Positions 1-14,200 of a DNA stretch of 64,000 nt are shown here, piece after piece (position 1 is the first letter of the stretch; every line of letters starts with the position of its first letter). A program made the position numbers and the translations under genes. The notes under the pieces were generated by a model that saw only the letters and a program-made list of their open reading frames with translations, did no database searches and was not told the DNA's origin. Source of the DNA: Strigamia acuminata (Eukaryota). Location of the stretch: assembly GCA_949358305.1 (NCBI GenBank), contig OX442314.1:17174001-17238000 (forward strand), given 5' to 3'.

Positions 1-3000
1 TTACGACAAGTATAAACTAACAACAACACGGTTTATTTGCCCTCGTTTCACTTAGGGGAACATGCCTACCCCACCCTTCTTCTCCTCCTCCCTTCCCCTC
101 CCACTATGGCGTCCCTCCTGCACGCCCCCGCACCCTTCGTTTTCACGGTCCAAGATGCGGTAGGAGTGGCAGGAAATGGAAGTTCACTGTACCGCAGCCC
201 CCGGTCCACGCTGCTCCGCAACAACAAAAGACACAGCGGGGCAGCCGACTCGCTGGCGGCCCGACCGGAACGCGTCGCCACTGACGTCATTTCCCGGAGC
301 CAAGACGAGGCGCAGTGCGTTTGAGAAAAATCAAACAGCAGAAGAAAAAAAAGAGAAGAACAGGTGGAGGATGTTGACACGAAGACCAAAGTAAACTCGA
401 GTACAGCAAATGAGCTCAACCTGCCCCCTCGGATCCTCTCTTTGATTAGCTCCGCTCCAATTAAGACGCGCGTCCCCTCCATCCTCCATCCTCCATCCTC
501 CCACTACCAAGTCCCCCTCTCTCCTTCTACAATCACCTCGTGACCCCCTCTACTTGCACAAATTTCATTAGCGGCCAACGGATCGCTTTAGGACAGTCTG
601 TTGTCTCTAGAGACGCAGTTTGTTTTTTCGGCTTTGGCTGCCCAAACGCCAGTCGAGCGCCGAGTGACAGACATGTTGCTGACACAACAAGCGCCTCCCC
701 GCCCCCTTTTCGTAATAAGTTCCATCAGAGGCTCATCATTAGGAGCCAAACACGAATCGATCGATCTTCCACCATCCCCCTGGTGGACACTTCTTTTTAG
801 ACCACTTGCTCTTTTTGTTGGCCGGCAAGCCAATTAATTGTGGGGGCGGTGTACGGCGCCCCCACCTACCCCACCCTCGCCTCTAGGCCGAGTCAAGACG
901 AATATGTGGGCAACCGAAATGCTCATCAATTTGCCCTTCTTTCACTGATTGATTGGCCGAAGGGGATTAATAGTTAATCATGTGTCCGTGACAGCTTTCC
1001 TTCTACATCAATCCTTTTAAACATCTTCGAGTCTCTTCTCTTCGTCTACGAGTCGTGACGCAACACTCGCAACAACTTTTCTTCCATTCTTTTTTTTAAT
1101 TTTCCAACGAAAAAAGTAAATTTTTTTATATAATTTTTTCTTTCGAGGGGCAAGGATTATTTTTGTTGGTACGGTTGGAAAAAAAATTAAAAAAGATAAT
1201 AAAAAAAACAAGTTTTGGTAAGAAAAAGAATAATGTTTGTGTCCACAAAAAAGGAGAAAGAAAGAAAAAAAAATTCCACTTCTTGGCATGAGAGAAATTT
1301 CATTCATATTAAGCGACGGAAGAGAAAGAGTGAAGGGTATGGGTGGTTGAGGCTTGACAAATGAGTCCTAGCTTGTGGATCCAAGAGACGGACCAGAGAA
1401 AAACGAACCTACCCACGCACACAGCAGGAAAAAAAACAACAACAAGCAAAAAGTCATTAATCATTGGCGGATCTCTTTCAGATCAATTCCCATGGATCTG
1501 CAGCATCCATCTCCAAGTACGATGAGGAGTCCCCCCCCCCCTACCCCCGCCCCAAAAAAACAAAAAAAAGTAGGGACGCGGAAGGAAAAGACGCTTAATA
1601 AATTCGCTCGGATTACCGAGTTGAAAAGCGGCACAATTATTTTAGACGAATTAAATGAAAAGATGACGGAGTTTTGTCTGCAACTTAAGCAAGACAAAGT
1701 TGGCGCCAAAACTCGTCTATGGTCATTAATCTGACGCCAGGTGACGATGCACACGCGTTCTCACTCATTTGCATGCTGTGTGGGAGTAGGTATTAAGTTG
1801 ACCGAATACTGCTCAATGGCTTCCGGGATGAGAAGAAAAAAGAAACGAGTTTGCCGTCAAAGGATTGAGCTAGGACATAAAGGGGTTGAAAAAAACGGAC
1901 CCGGTGCAAAACTTTTCTACGTTGCACGATCTGCATTTTTTACGTACAGCGTGAAGCGTCTATTTAATAAAAGAGACCTGGAGAATGTATTTTTTTTTTG
2001 AGAAAAAAGAGGAAGAAAAAATAAGTATGCGGATCATTTGCATTAGAAAAAACGGTGAACAAAAAGTGAATTTACGCATGGTTGCTAAGCAACGTGTCAC
2101 TCGTGTGTATGGATACGCATATTTAATGGTCATTTTGGTCAAATATGATTTTTTTCCTGTTGATTTTTTTGGAAGTTAAATTTTTTTTTATTTATGTTTT
2201 GAGGTTTGTCGTCTGTGTTTTAATCAAGGTACCACTTGAACTGGAAAGTGGCAATTTGCGATTTTTTTTGGTAGTTAGAGCAAGACTAGTGGTAATAACA
2301 GGTAAAAATCGTAAGATTAGGATGGAAGAAAAAAAAAAAGAAAATGTCATTTCAGTTCAAGTGTAGATTTTGAATTTTTTAAAAAAAATTGATAACAAAT
2401 TGATAAACTATTAAATTATTGTTTTTAAAAACAATTTAATTGAGATTTACTTCCCAATACACCAAAAAATAATAATTCTTTCTCCAAAAATTCACTTTTA
2501 GCCATCATACAACAAGTATGTTAGTAAATGACCATTAAAAGTTTCCAACCCAACCATGTAAAGCAAGTTTTCGCTCTTTTCTTTTATGAAACTTTGAATT
2601 TTTCACACATTGTGAGCCAAGATTTCCCACGGTGCTACTCCAAAGTCATTCTAATTACACAAAAAAATGTCAGCCAAATCGATAGGTTCCAGTCGGTGTA
2701 GTTCCCTTGTAAGCGTGATTCAATTTGGGCCGCAACTGTAAGAGCGGCTCAAATTTAGGGTGAAATCGAAGAAGCTATTAAAAGAGGAAACAAAGAAGCT
2801 GGCTTTTGTCATTTCTCCATCCAAGTAAATGACTAGTGATGTCTACGCTGTACCTATTACTAAACCCGTAGCCAATGATGAACATGCGGCATTTTTGTGC
2901 TGCGTCATGGACGGAAAAACGGCGAAAAATGTCGTGGATCATCCGCGGTAGGATATCAACAAATGTGTCTATCCGCCGAGCCGATACGCCTTAAAGTCCC

Positions 3001-6000
3001 TAGGGATAAACACACGCATCTGTCACGGTAAATCTGATTGGGGTCCAAAAAGAAAATCATCATCGACAAAATTGAAGCCGAATGATGCAGCATAAAATAA
3101 AAATAAAAAAATGGAAATAAAAAAAAATGTATATACAACAAAAATGAAAAAAAGAAAAAGAAAAAGAAACGAAAAATTTCCTCGAAAGAGACGGGAAATT
3201 GTTTTCTTTGATTTTTTAAAAATTAAATAAATAAAATAAAAGTTGATTTTCAAACCAAAAAAAATTTAAAAAAAAAAAAAAATCAAATGCATCAGTTTAA
3301 AAATATATAAATGTTAAAAACAAGACAGGAAACGAGAGAGAACGTAACAGGGTAAACCTAACGGCCCATCAGCGTATTGATCTGTGTGGGAATGGAGTCT
3401 CGTAACGACCCCACCCTCACTCAAACGCGGCTTCAATCTCTGTGTGCGTGGACTTTTTAACAACACCTGAGCAACGTCTTATTCTCGACGACCACAAGCT
3501 TATCAGTTAGAGCCACAATGACTCATTCACCCCCGTCCGCCGAACAAACTCATCCAAGTTCAAGTGATTTATAAGCAAAGATCTTCTACCTGCACGGGCG
3601 AAAAGCACTGCGAGCTTAGAGAAACCTCGCATTAGTCCAACGAGTCGCAACACAGCTCGCGTCTGTCCGGCCTCATTTGTCTGAGTCGAGAAAGACAAAC
3701 CGCCGATAAAATTCCAATTGCAATTCCCCCGATAAAAAGCCAAGGCTCCTCCTAATGGCCTAGTGCCATGCCGAGAGAAACTTCTGTCACACTCAAATCC
3801 GAAGATTTACTCGAGCCGTACAGAGAAGTCCAACCCTAAAAGCAACCCCTGAAAAGCATTAAACACAAGCCAAAAACCAAATCAACTTATCATAAAAATT
3901 CAAAAAAATTCATTTGGATTCAAATTTGTTTTGTCAAATACAATTCACGAAAAACGGCATCAGATGAAATAGATTTGAACGTCGAGCCACACTATCCCTC
4001 TCTAGTTGAGCAAATCCCTCATGTTGGAAAAAGAGCAGAAAGAAAAAAAAAAAAACGAGAGAGAGAGAGAAAGAGAAAAAAGACGCGGGTGTGTGGGGGT
4101 GGGGAATACGGGGGCCCGTCATCAATCATTGGTGAAGGCGGCGCTGTCACGTATGAATTTCGACTTCCATGTTTAATTTCCTTCGAGTCTCATTTTGTAA
4201 GGGCACCAGGGAGACAGGAGGTGCGGGGGTCCGAGTAATTTTTTAATTGAATCGAAGCAAACCCCCTTGCCCCCCTTCCCCCGTGACCACCCCCTACCTA
4301 GGAATGGCGCAGCAATTCATCAAGTCATCAATAGGAAAAGCGGGAAGCAATTTGCAACGCCATCTTTTCGGCGTCGAAGGAGAAGGGAAGAAGTTTGGAG
4401 GGGAAGTTGTCTCTTGAGGCCATCTCGAGCTGACAGACAGCAGACACCCTGCGTTCCTTGAGTTGTGCCGGGGCGTTCAGCCCGTGTCCACAGTGGTGAG
4501 TGACAGACAATCACAGATAGATACCTTAAAGATAACCACCTGAGACACTGACACCCGACACTTCCTCCCTTCGTCCTCGCACATTTTGTTTCTCTTTCTT
4601 CTTCTTCTTCTTTTTCAGTTAGAAGAAAAAAGAGGGACGAGCTGGGAAAAAAAAGAGGGATGAGTTGGGAAAAGTTTGCAATGGAGGTTGGGAGGATTAA
4701 TCGAGAGCCCAGTTGATTATCCGGCTGCGTTTGTGCCAATGATTAATTCGGGGACTGGAGATTTCCTCCCCATTAGACGCCCTCCCCCGGCATCTGCTTA
4801 AGATGGATCGCGATGATGGGACCAGCACTCTGGACACGGATCACATCATCCTCATCCTCCACACCAGTGTGCGGAAGGAGGGAAAAAGTCAGTTAATCAA
4901 GTGCCACACCACAAAGAACAGCTCAAGAAGTTGTTGTTGCAATGTCCACGTCATACAACGAGGACGAGGCCAATCCATAAATCCCACTCAGATCAATAAC
5001 CCACCATGACAGAATCGCACGACTTCCGCTCACAAACAGACCCTCCCGCTTCAGAAACAGCAAAAAAAAATGAAAAAAAAAAAAAAAAAAATGTCGCAAA
5101 ATACCAACCCCCATCATCATCACCATCATCATCAAGAGAAGCAGGAGCATCTGAAGAACATGTGTGATCAAAGGAGTGACGAGGAGGAGGAGAGTATTAC
5201 TTTACAGTACAAAAATAAAATCAGGAGAAAGTGGAAAAAAAGTTCATCCACGCATGTATTATTCAGACTGAAAAGGGAGTTAGTTGCCGCTTAAGATTCC
5301 GACCATCCAGTGTCCACTGCGAGGGAAAGTCAGAGGGGGGTCGTGGGAGTACACAGTCGTCTTGATGGCCTATTAGATTTTGAGTGTCCATTGCAGCAGT
5401 GCGGATTCAGTGGTGCCCCCTGGGAGTCCGTGTCGGGAGTGCACGTACCGTAGGGAACGGAGGACGCGGTGGACACACCACTTGGTACAGACGGCACGTG
5501 GTGACCGAGTAGTTTTTGGGAAAGCAGGACCGGCGTCCATCGAATCTAATTAATTAGTGCGTTGCATCAGGAGCAAACTGCAGTCTTAATTAGCTTCATC
5601 GTTATCAATCCTACTAATGGCTCTTCCTTCATGAAACATTGAGACGCTGCTCAACTCACTGACCCTTCCATTATTGATGGTGCATGGTGGAGGTGCAAGA
5701 TACCGCTGGGGTTGGGGGTGGACGAGTATCCCCTAGTGGTGGCGACTGCAAGTGACGCGCCCTAAACTCGTCAAAAAAGCGTGCAGAAAAGATGATACCA
5801 AGTTTGGTTCAGTTGGAGGGGCTTTTGAGTCTGAGTGGGTGGATAGGTGACAATGATTGATGTGTTGGGAGAGAGTTTGGCCTGCAGAGCCTAATGTGGC
5901 ACCCCTGCTGCAGAGGGATGTTGTTTAATGATGCATGTTTGGCTACTCCTTTTGTCGCTCGTTTCACTGACCAGAATAGTTCACCTCCAACTGTTCTGTT

Positions 6001-9000
6001 TCTTTCTGTTTTTTCCTCTCAAATGTATATCCTAAGGATAAAATGGATCAAAATGTACCATGTGGTTTTATTTTTTTATGCTAAAAGTAGGGGCTACTCT
6101 TTATTTAAAGGAAAAAAAAAGAAAAAAGAAAAATAAAACAGGGAAAAAATTTTTCAGTTTCAATCGATGGGGACCAGAAGTGGCCTGCACTTTGCAATAC
6201 TTTTCGAAAAGAATTCCACAGATTTTTAAATATTGTACAGATGATATATTTCACGAATGATTAGGCGAAAATTGGAATGATTTAGAGAAGATTAGCTTTG
6301 AATAGCACCTGTTTAGGTACGCAACGTCGCACTAATTTATATTAATGGAAATAAACCAAATTTTGTGAAATTTTTGCTTTATTTCATTCTTATTTTTGGC
6401 ATTGATCAACTGAAATGGGACCCCGTACGATGATGCGCCGCTGTACGCAGCAAGTGCATTTGAAATAAATGTTCTAAACCAGTTTGTTTTGTTGTGCTTG
6501 AAAGCGCATTTATGAGGAAACCGCGGAATTTTTAATATGCGAAAAATGCTTTTTTACGAATATATACACAAACAGGGAAAAGCAGGAACGAGAATTTCCT
6601 GATTGAACTTAAAATTTTCAACATAATTAGAGCAAGGCCTCTAAGTAAGATTAACATCACGTTTTGACATTTTTGCAGAAAAAAAAATGAGCAAACTTTC
6701 TCACCTCAAAACTTCCCCTCCCGCCTCTACCCATAAATAACGAAATTTATATCTTTCTCTATTTAATTTAACTCCCAAAAACAAAACTAAAAACCATCAA
6801 TTTTTAAACAAGCACACTTAAAATGAAAGCTATACGTGTAACACCAACACAAAAAAAACCGAGAATGTTTCAGTCATAATACATAATGTATAAGTTGCAA
6901 TTAATTTTAACTACGGTAGTTCTAGTGTCCACTTTGCCGTGTCGCCAATTGTATGACATTACGTACATCGAAAAACTCTTAATTTTATTCAAACTTCTAA
7001 CACTAATTTGCTAAATAAATAAATTTTCAAACAGTTTTTCTATTTCTATAAATGAATAAAATAAGGCGACTTCACACACTATAAACCCGTATTTGGTAAG
7101 CAAAAAGGCCTATTTTCCAATTTCAGTATCCCTTTCCATCTCACATTTCATTTGATCCATCAGGTGCGTGCCGGGTCAGGTCACGTGATAAATGACCACG
7201 GGTGTGGCAACAAATGGAGCAGAAAATTGAAAAGATTTTTGAAGTCGCCTCCAGTTCGATTGTGAGGGCGTCTTTCCAACGCCGTCTTTTGTTTCCTATT
7301 TTTATTTTTTTCCATTCTCTCTCTTTCTTTCTCTTTCTCTCTCTTGTTTTTTATGGCCATCCTCTTCATATTTTGCTCTTCAAATGGACCTCACTCGTTT
7401 TTTATGTGTTAGCGTCCCCTTGCGTCTTTCCTTTTCCTACATCGAGGTAATGAGTTTTGGGATGGGGGACTCGTAACGAGGTCCATCTCTCGCTATAATG
7501 TGACCAGCAATTGTTTTAACGAGCTGTTAGTTCAAAGCCCACATATCCCTTTGTATCCAAACATGTCGACCAACCGTGCGTTTCTAACCAAATGAAACGC
7601 GGACAGGTGCTGAACCCGCGTCACGTGCTCTGTTTTTATCTAACGAGGCCTTGGTGATTAGTGACTACCTTGTGGCGTTCCCATTCCCTCTTTTTTGTGA
7701 CCACTGTCCACTGTCGGTCGATACGCTCATTATCCCTTGTGGTCCACTTCGCTTTTCCCCCAACGCACCCTACCCTCTTTGCGTTCGATGACCTATAGGG
7801 AGATGTTCTATTTTTTCTTTCTTTTCTTCCCTTTTATTTTTTAATCCTCAATGGATTTGTCTTCGGATTTGTCCCGACTTCCATCCGCTTATCGATGTAA
7901 TGTTGGGGAGAGAGTGGTAGTGGTTGGTATAGCGTTTGTTTACGCGTTCGTCAATTCAATTACAGCGTTGCGATGAGGTCGTTGAGTGTCCGTTCTGATG
8001 GGCCAGCGGAGCGGCACGCGCCTTCTCACGATTCGATTCGAGGGGAAAGTGGCTGAGGTTTAATTAGCGTGCGATGATTGAGCGATCAATCGCCGTTGCG
8101 AGTGAAGTTGTCGGGCGGCGCACCTGCGTCTTCCCGCGTTCATTCGATGATGACCAAGTTGTGGTGTGGACGCACACCTTATTGATCCCATCTTCCCCGA
8201 TCGCCCATCACGTCTACGTGTCCCTACTGGGGCTTTCCTCCCCCATTTTCGACAAGTGAAGGAAGCTCTGAGCCTACACGTCAATTGTGCGTCAATTATA
8301 CAAAGCCTGCTACTGTCACTAACCAAACCCGAATCACCAATTTAGCCGCTTCTCCTGCTCGTTTTTTTCTTCATCAATAATATTTATTATTTTTGCTCAA
8401 ATCAATAACGATGATACTGATCACTATTAATTACCCATTGAAGCAATGACTGGTGAAAGCACACCATCTGTCTGGATCAATTCGTGTTATTTAAATGCAA
8501 AAAATAATAATAAGCTTAAGTAATTTTAACATCTTCAGAGTCGCAACTTGATTCCTAAATTAACTGTAATGCACACTGTTTTTTAATGCCCTTTTTCGGA
8601 AAACTAAATAAAAAAATTTCGAAAATCTTAATTATTTGTCTATTTTTGACTCATACGCAGTAAATTTGTACAATAAACATTATCTGATTTTTATTTTATA
8701 TTTAAAAAAATCATCTTAAGTTTGATTGCACTAGTTTAAAATCCGATTACGGTATGTTATGTACGTTAATTACATTTATGTATTAATTTCAACATAAATA
8801 TTTTTACAGCTTTTTTACTTCACCTAATTTGCTATTTTGAGATTTTACATTTTTTTCCCCAACAATTTTTATCAGTTCATTAACAAATACAGATAAATTG
8901 AATAATGATGCCGCACTAAATTGTATAATCTCACGACAAATCTCAATACCAAAAAAAAAATTAATTATTTATTCGATTTAAAACCTTGTTTGTGGGACCT

Positions 9001-10363
9001 GGGCGTTTATTCCTTACAAAAAAAAAGAATATTTTAAATAAATAAACTTAATTTATCACAGAACCAGTTAAGTTCTACGAACCAACGTTAAAAAAAAATT
9101 AAATCAAAATGTAAATGTTTTTTCTTTTTCTACCTCAATTCTCAATAACTCATCAAGATTCAAACGTAAAATCCATCCCAAGCTTTCTAAGCAGTTTCGA
9201 CTAAGTTAACCAGATTTAGGTCAAATTTGACACATCATGGTGGACAATAATGTTTAAAAGTTTGACTTGTTTACATTGGACCTAGATTAACCTACCCCCG
9301 AAGTCTGCTCAAGTGTCAATAGACCCACGAAGCACATAATTTAAAATTACTATCCGTGTCACGAAAATTAATTTCAAATTGCAGTGCAAACCTCAATGTT
9401 ACATGTAAGGACACGAATACGAATCCAATTACACACACAATTCATCAAATCGATTAACAAGAGCAGAAATTTTTCTTAAAAATAAAAGAAAAAAATATAT
9501 AAACTAGACGGAAAACAACACGACCAATCACAGCGTGAGGCAAGGGTTAATTTATTTGTTTTATGAGCTGCATGATGGAAAACACGCAAGTTAAGGCAAA
9601 CGGGCGGGATGAACAAACATGGCACAAGTCAAGAAACGACGAATAAAACAAGCTAAAGGACACACCTCAACATATGTGCTGCTGCCCTTCTTTATTTGTT
9701 TTTATACTTTGCACGCAAACGAGCAGATCGACCCGACACGACTCATTGATAATTCAGTGGTCCCTTTCTCGGCCCCGAACAAACGGACACTGGCGTTTCC
9801 AATGAAACGCCCACAAATGCGAATCCTTCTCTGCAGGATCAACACCCGCAAAAAATATGAATTAGTATATAGAAAAAAAATTATAAAAAATGTAAATATA
9901 AAAATATGAAATAAAAAATGCAAAGCCAAAACAAGAAGAGTAGAAAACAATCGAATATGCACGACAAACTCAACTCAAACTCCAGCCTGACCCATTCTAA
10001 ATTTAAGTACTATTTTTATCAATTTATTTCTGTACTTTTACTGCAGTTTAAATTTTACTTGGTGTTTGTGTGTGTGTGTGTGTGTGCGTTTGTTATAGGT
10101 GTGTTCGTAATTTCGATTTTTTCACTCGTATAAGCGTTAGCTACTTAGTTTTAAATTAAATTCAAATAGAAGTTGTTTTCTCTATTTTTTCTTTGAAAGA
10201 TAATTTGTTACACCGAGCTGTTATTGAGTTTCAGCTAAACTGTGTAAAATTGTAGCGTGTAATAATCATTTATTAATTTTTTATAGTTTTTGTATTAATA
10301 AATATTACAAATTATTTTTATTCTTAATTTGAAATATATTGTTTTTTTTTAATACAGTATATA

Positions 10364-11295
10364 CAACTCCCGGCAAAAAATATTCGATCAGCCACCACAT
10401 GAGCTGATTCAAACTCAAAATCATTTTTTTTGCAGTCTAACTAATAATTTATACACAAAACATTTTATTCACTGCACCGACCAAGCCAAATGCTACAATT
10501 TAGTGGCAATATGAAAAATATTGAACAAACTTCTTGAAGAAAAAAGTATTAGATCACTACAAAGCTGAGAAGAAAGTATTCGATCAAGCACAGAAAATTA
10601 GATTAATATTAATGACAACACTGTCCCCTCTACACTAAACTCAGTAGTGCCCATCCAATATATTGAGAAGTGATTTTTATGTTTGTAAAATTTAACAAAC
10701 ACGCCTAAAATTAAAAAACCAACAAATAACTCAAAATCACCAATAATTAAACTTTTAAAACTAAAATACCTCAAATAGAGATTGCAGAAGCAAGTGGACG
10801 TGCCCAGAGCACCATTTCATACAACTGGACCAAATTTAAAAAAAAAGAAAGACTTAATGTCTCCAGACCTGGCAAACCAGAGTCACTGAATTTCTCCCCA
10901 ATCATGTGTAATAAAAGATATTCAATAATATCTACGTAAATATCTGTAAACGGTAAATCGGTAAATATACATCTTGCCGGTCCTATTTCATGACATGCAA
11001 CCTCATACCATGAATGATTGTTGAAATTTCACTGTGCTTGATCGAATACTTTCTTTTCAGCTTTATAGTGATCTATAATAATTTTTTCCTTAAGGGTGTC
11101 AACAAAAATATCTGTAACTTTTTAAAATTTTGTTCAATTTTTTTCACATTGCCACTAAATTGTAGCATTTGGCTCGGTCTTTTCAGTGAATAAAATGTTT
11201 TGTGTATAAATTATTACTTAAGACTGCAAAAAAAATGATTTTGAGTTCGAATCAGCTCGTGTGGTGGCTGATCGAATACTTTTTGCCAGGAGTTT
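10364..11295. mobile_element. Non-autonomous, decayed Tc1/mariner-superfamily DNA transposon with long IR/DR-type terminal inverted repeats
   Basis: Left end CAACTCCCGGCAAAAAATATTCGATCAGCCACCAC (10364-) mirrors right end GTGGTGGCTGATCGAATACTTTTTGCCAGGAGTTT (-11295). TIRs are ~230-260 bp (10364-~10594 and ~11032-11295). TA flanks both sides (10362-63, 11296-97). Each TIR has three AAAGTATTCGATCA-like direct repeats. Internal remnants resemble transposase motifs (APFHT; W-frameshift-PESLNFSPI, like WPxxSPDLNPI) at ~10810-10903. Confidence 0.85.
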
Positions 11296-14200
11296 TATAT
11301 ACTCGCTGTGCTATAAGTGAATTTAATTTAATCTGGATCAATTGTTTCAATTGATCCGAGATCAAGAATTTTCTCGAGTGTCGTGGCGCTTATTGTTTAC
11401 TCATTACGCTCGGCTTCAAACTGTTGTTAGAAATATAAGTTTAAAAAACTCGACAAATATAAAGTGCTATTTTATAATATAATTATTATTATTAGAAATC
11501 ACTGGAACCTCCGATTGAAAAAGACGTGGAAAACCCGCTTAGAAAACTAACTATAGTCGCATTTCAAGGTTAAAAACAAGCCAAAATTATATTTTGCCTT
11601 ATGGCTGAGTCAACAAGATGCAACAGCTCAACAATGTCTGACATTTTTTCTTCTTTTTCGGTTTGTTTACATTTCCTTTGTGCGTAAATCAAAATAATGA
11701 CCCATGAAAAAATGTCAGTAACGTCGCATAATTCTATCCATTTGCTTTGATAGTTTCAGTTACACAAATTGAAATCATTTCCAACCACGATTGACCCGAT
11801 ACTACTACAATCCCTTTTAAGCGCACACTTGATTTATTTGTGCACTTTCGCAAAGCAAGTCCAGTCGAAAATGAGCAGTAAATGAGCAAAACAGCACGAT
11901 TTTCCTCGGCTCTTCTGCTCTACGTCACTGAAACTTGCACGAAATAGAAAAGTGATGACTCAGCGTGAGTGTTTTTCCCTTCTTTTCTTCTAAGTTTGTC
12001 TTAAGGCACTTGTGTATGACATCACTTCCTCTTACTCATTTTCAACATAAATAACGGTAAAGAAGGTTCACTTTGAATATTAATATTTATCATTTTCTAA
12101 ATCATTCATGATTGCAATATTTTTGTCCCCAATGTAGTAATTTATTTAAAATTAATATTAATTTAAAATTCCTCAATGAAAGTGAGTTTGATGTCCTCTC
12201 TCACAAACAGCAAAAAAAGGATTGTCGTGCATTTTTCAAAAAAATAAAAATAAAAAAATAAAAAAATAAAAAAATAAAAAAATTCTCTATTGAAAAGCAA
12301 GCGTGTGTAGTAACGTTTCGACCGGTTCAATAAACACTAGTGCATAACAAAATTTTAATATATTAGTCAAAACCACCAATTGTATTAAATTGCGCGTTCC
12401 CTGAGTTTGCTTGATATAATGAAGCGACTTTACGAAATCAGCAACTTTTTTTTTTTCAAAAATAAAAAAATAAAAAAATAAAAATTTAAAAAAAATATAT
12501 AAAACGCTGAAAAATTCATTAGTTGGGCAAATAATCTGGGTGCGAGAAGAAAAAAAAATGAGGGATAAGGGAATGAATAAGTGCGTATGGGTGGGCGGGT
12601 GAAGCAAAAGATCGAGTTTAATTTGATTCCAAATTAAAAGAACGCCTCTGTGACAACACCTGAGATGACGTCACGCCACGACTAACAAATGAAGGTGAAT
12701 CGTAAGAAATTAAATGAAATAAAAGAAGAAGCCAAGCGACTTACAAGAACGCGATCAAGAAAGCGCCTAATGACTGGATCCATTAAAGTAATGGCGCTCA
12801 TCATCATTATCACTCAGCATCCACTGCACATGCGCACCAAGGACACAACCCCACCCCTCGACTAAACTGGACGCGAAAACCGTCTATGTAGTATTCTACG
12901 TTTACAAGCCACTCACCTGGTGTTGTTACGAATGTCAGGTAGTCGGTAGATGAACCAAGGCACTGGCACGTGACTATTACTTCAGATTCTACGGAATAGA
13001 AGTCCCGAATGGACGCCCATTCGTCGGGCCAAACCAAGACGATTCTTTAAAAAAAAATAAATACAAATATAAATTTAAAAAATATAGAAATTTTTTTTTC
13101 CCTCCAGAAAAAAAAAATAACAAAATGAAAAAGAGAAAGAAAACAACATCACAAATTCTCACTTTTGATACAATGCGCACCCACCCGCGTTCTCATTACA
13201 CCCCTGCACATCCCTCCTCATCCCAACAGACGCAGGAGGAAATCCAATTGAGAACGCTGAGACATTTCGCAGTCACATTTGCAAAAGCGAAAAAAAAGTC
13301 TTTAACAAAAAAAAAAAAAAGTGTAAAAAAAGTCACATTTAGAAACGAGAAAAAGCAAAGCGCAAAAAAGAAAAAAAAAAAGAAAAAAAAAATATCAAGA
13401 GATTTTTCCCAATGTGATTGAGAAGTTGTAGTGGGAATCTGGTACGGCTAGCGTCTCATTCCCCACGTGCCAATCTGCGGCTGACTAATGGGCACTAGTC
13501 TACAGGGGCCCAACACTGACCAATGACCACACCACGTAGTCAATCAATGCCGCTGAAAACAAACAGTTCATTAGGAACCAACACTGAACGGATCGACTCC
13601 ACCCCAGGGGACTTCGGCGAGGCAAAGGTGAGTCGAACGTGCAACCTTACGTTTCAGTTTCACCATACCCATCGCCCCCTCTCTCTCTCTCACCCTTTTT
13701 CTCCCACCAGGTGAAGTTGGGGTTCTGTAGAATCTGCCCGAGGGTGGCAAATGACTCGACTCCATCAACTTGTTCTTTTATTTTATTTTTTTTTATTTTT
13801 ATCTTTCCACGTTTATCGCAAGCAGCGGCTTAATTTCCTGAAGGTCAGTGGGGCCAGTCACGGTCGAGAGGAGCGGCCTCGAATCAGGTGGAAGGAAGGG
13901 ACAGGACGCGCCATCCGCTTCAGCTGCAGCAATGCTAATCGAAACGCTCGATTGTGGGGGCTGTAAAACGATTCCAACGCCGGCGTCTAATCTGCTCGAG
14001 CAGCGGGGGAGTTGGCGATTAGGGCTGTTGCTTCTTTTCTACTTCCCTCCTGCTCCTCTAAGACTTCATTAATTGCTCTCTCGCCTTCTCTCCGTCATGA
14101 TTTTTATCCGAGAAACGCGCGCGGTGAGGGATCGCGTCTGCTGTTTCTAGACGTGAACTCGCGAGGGAATTCTGGCCAGCCATCATCGCGGTCAACTCCG

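Noticed and set aside
840..885. GC-rich hairpin GTGGGGGCG..CGCCCCCAC followed by CTAG, like a Helitron 3' end
   Set aside because: The spacing and the base after CTAG do not fit, no 5' end is identifiable, and a 9-bp stem is unremarkable.
5408..5426. CTCF-like motif (CCCAGGGGGCAC on the minus strand)
   Set aside because: A single partial match that cannot be distinguished from chance without ChIP or conservation data.
11334..11356. Palindrome GGATCAATTG-TTT-CAATTGATCC just right of the transposon
   Set aside because: A short AT-rich inverted repeat outside the element boundary, with no supporting context.
13430..13468. Possible paired Su(H) site (GTGGGAA ... TTCCCCAC)
   Set aside because: The second half-site is imperfect and the spacing is not canonical.
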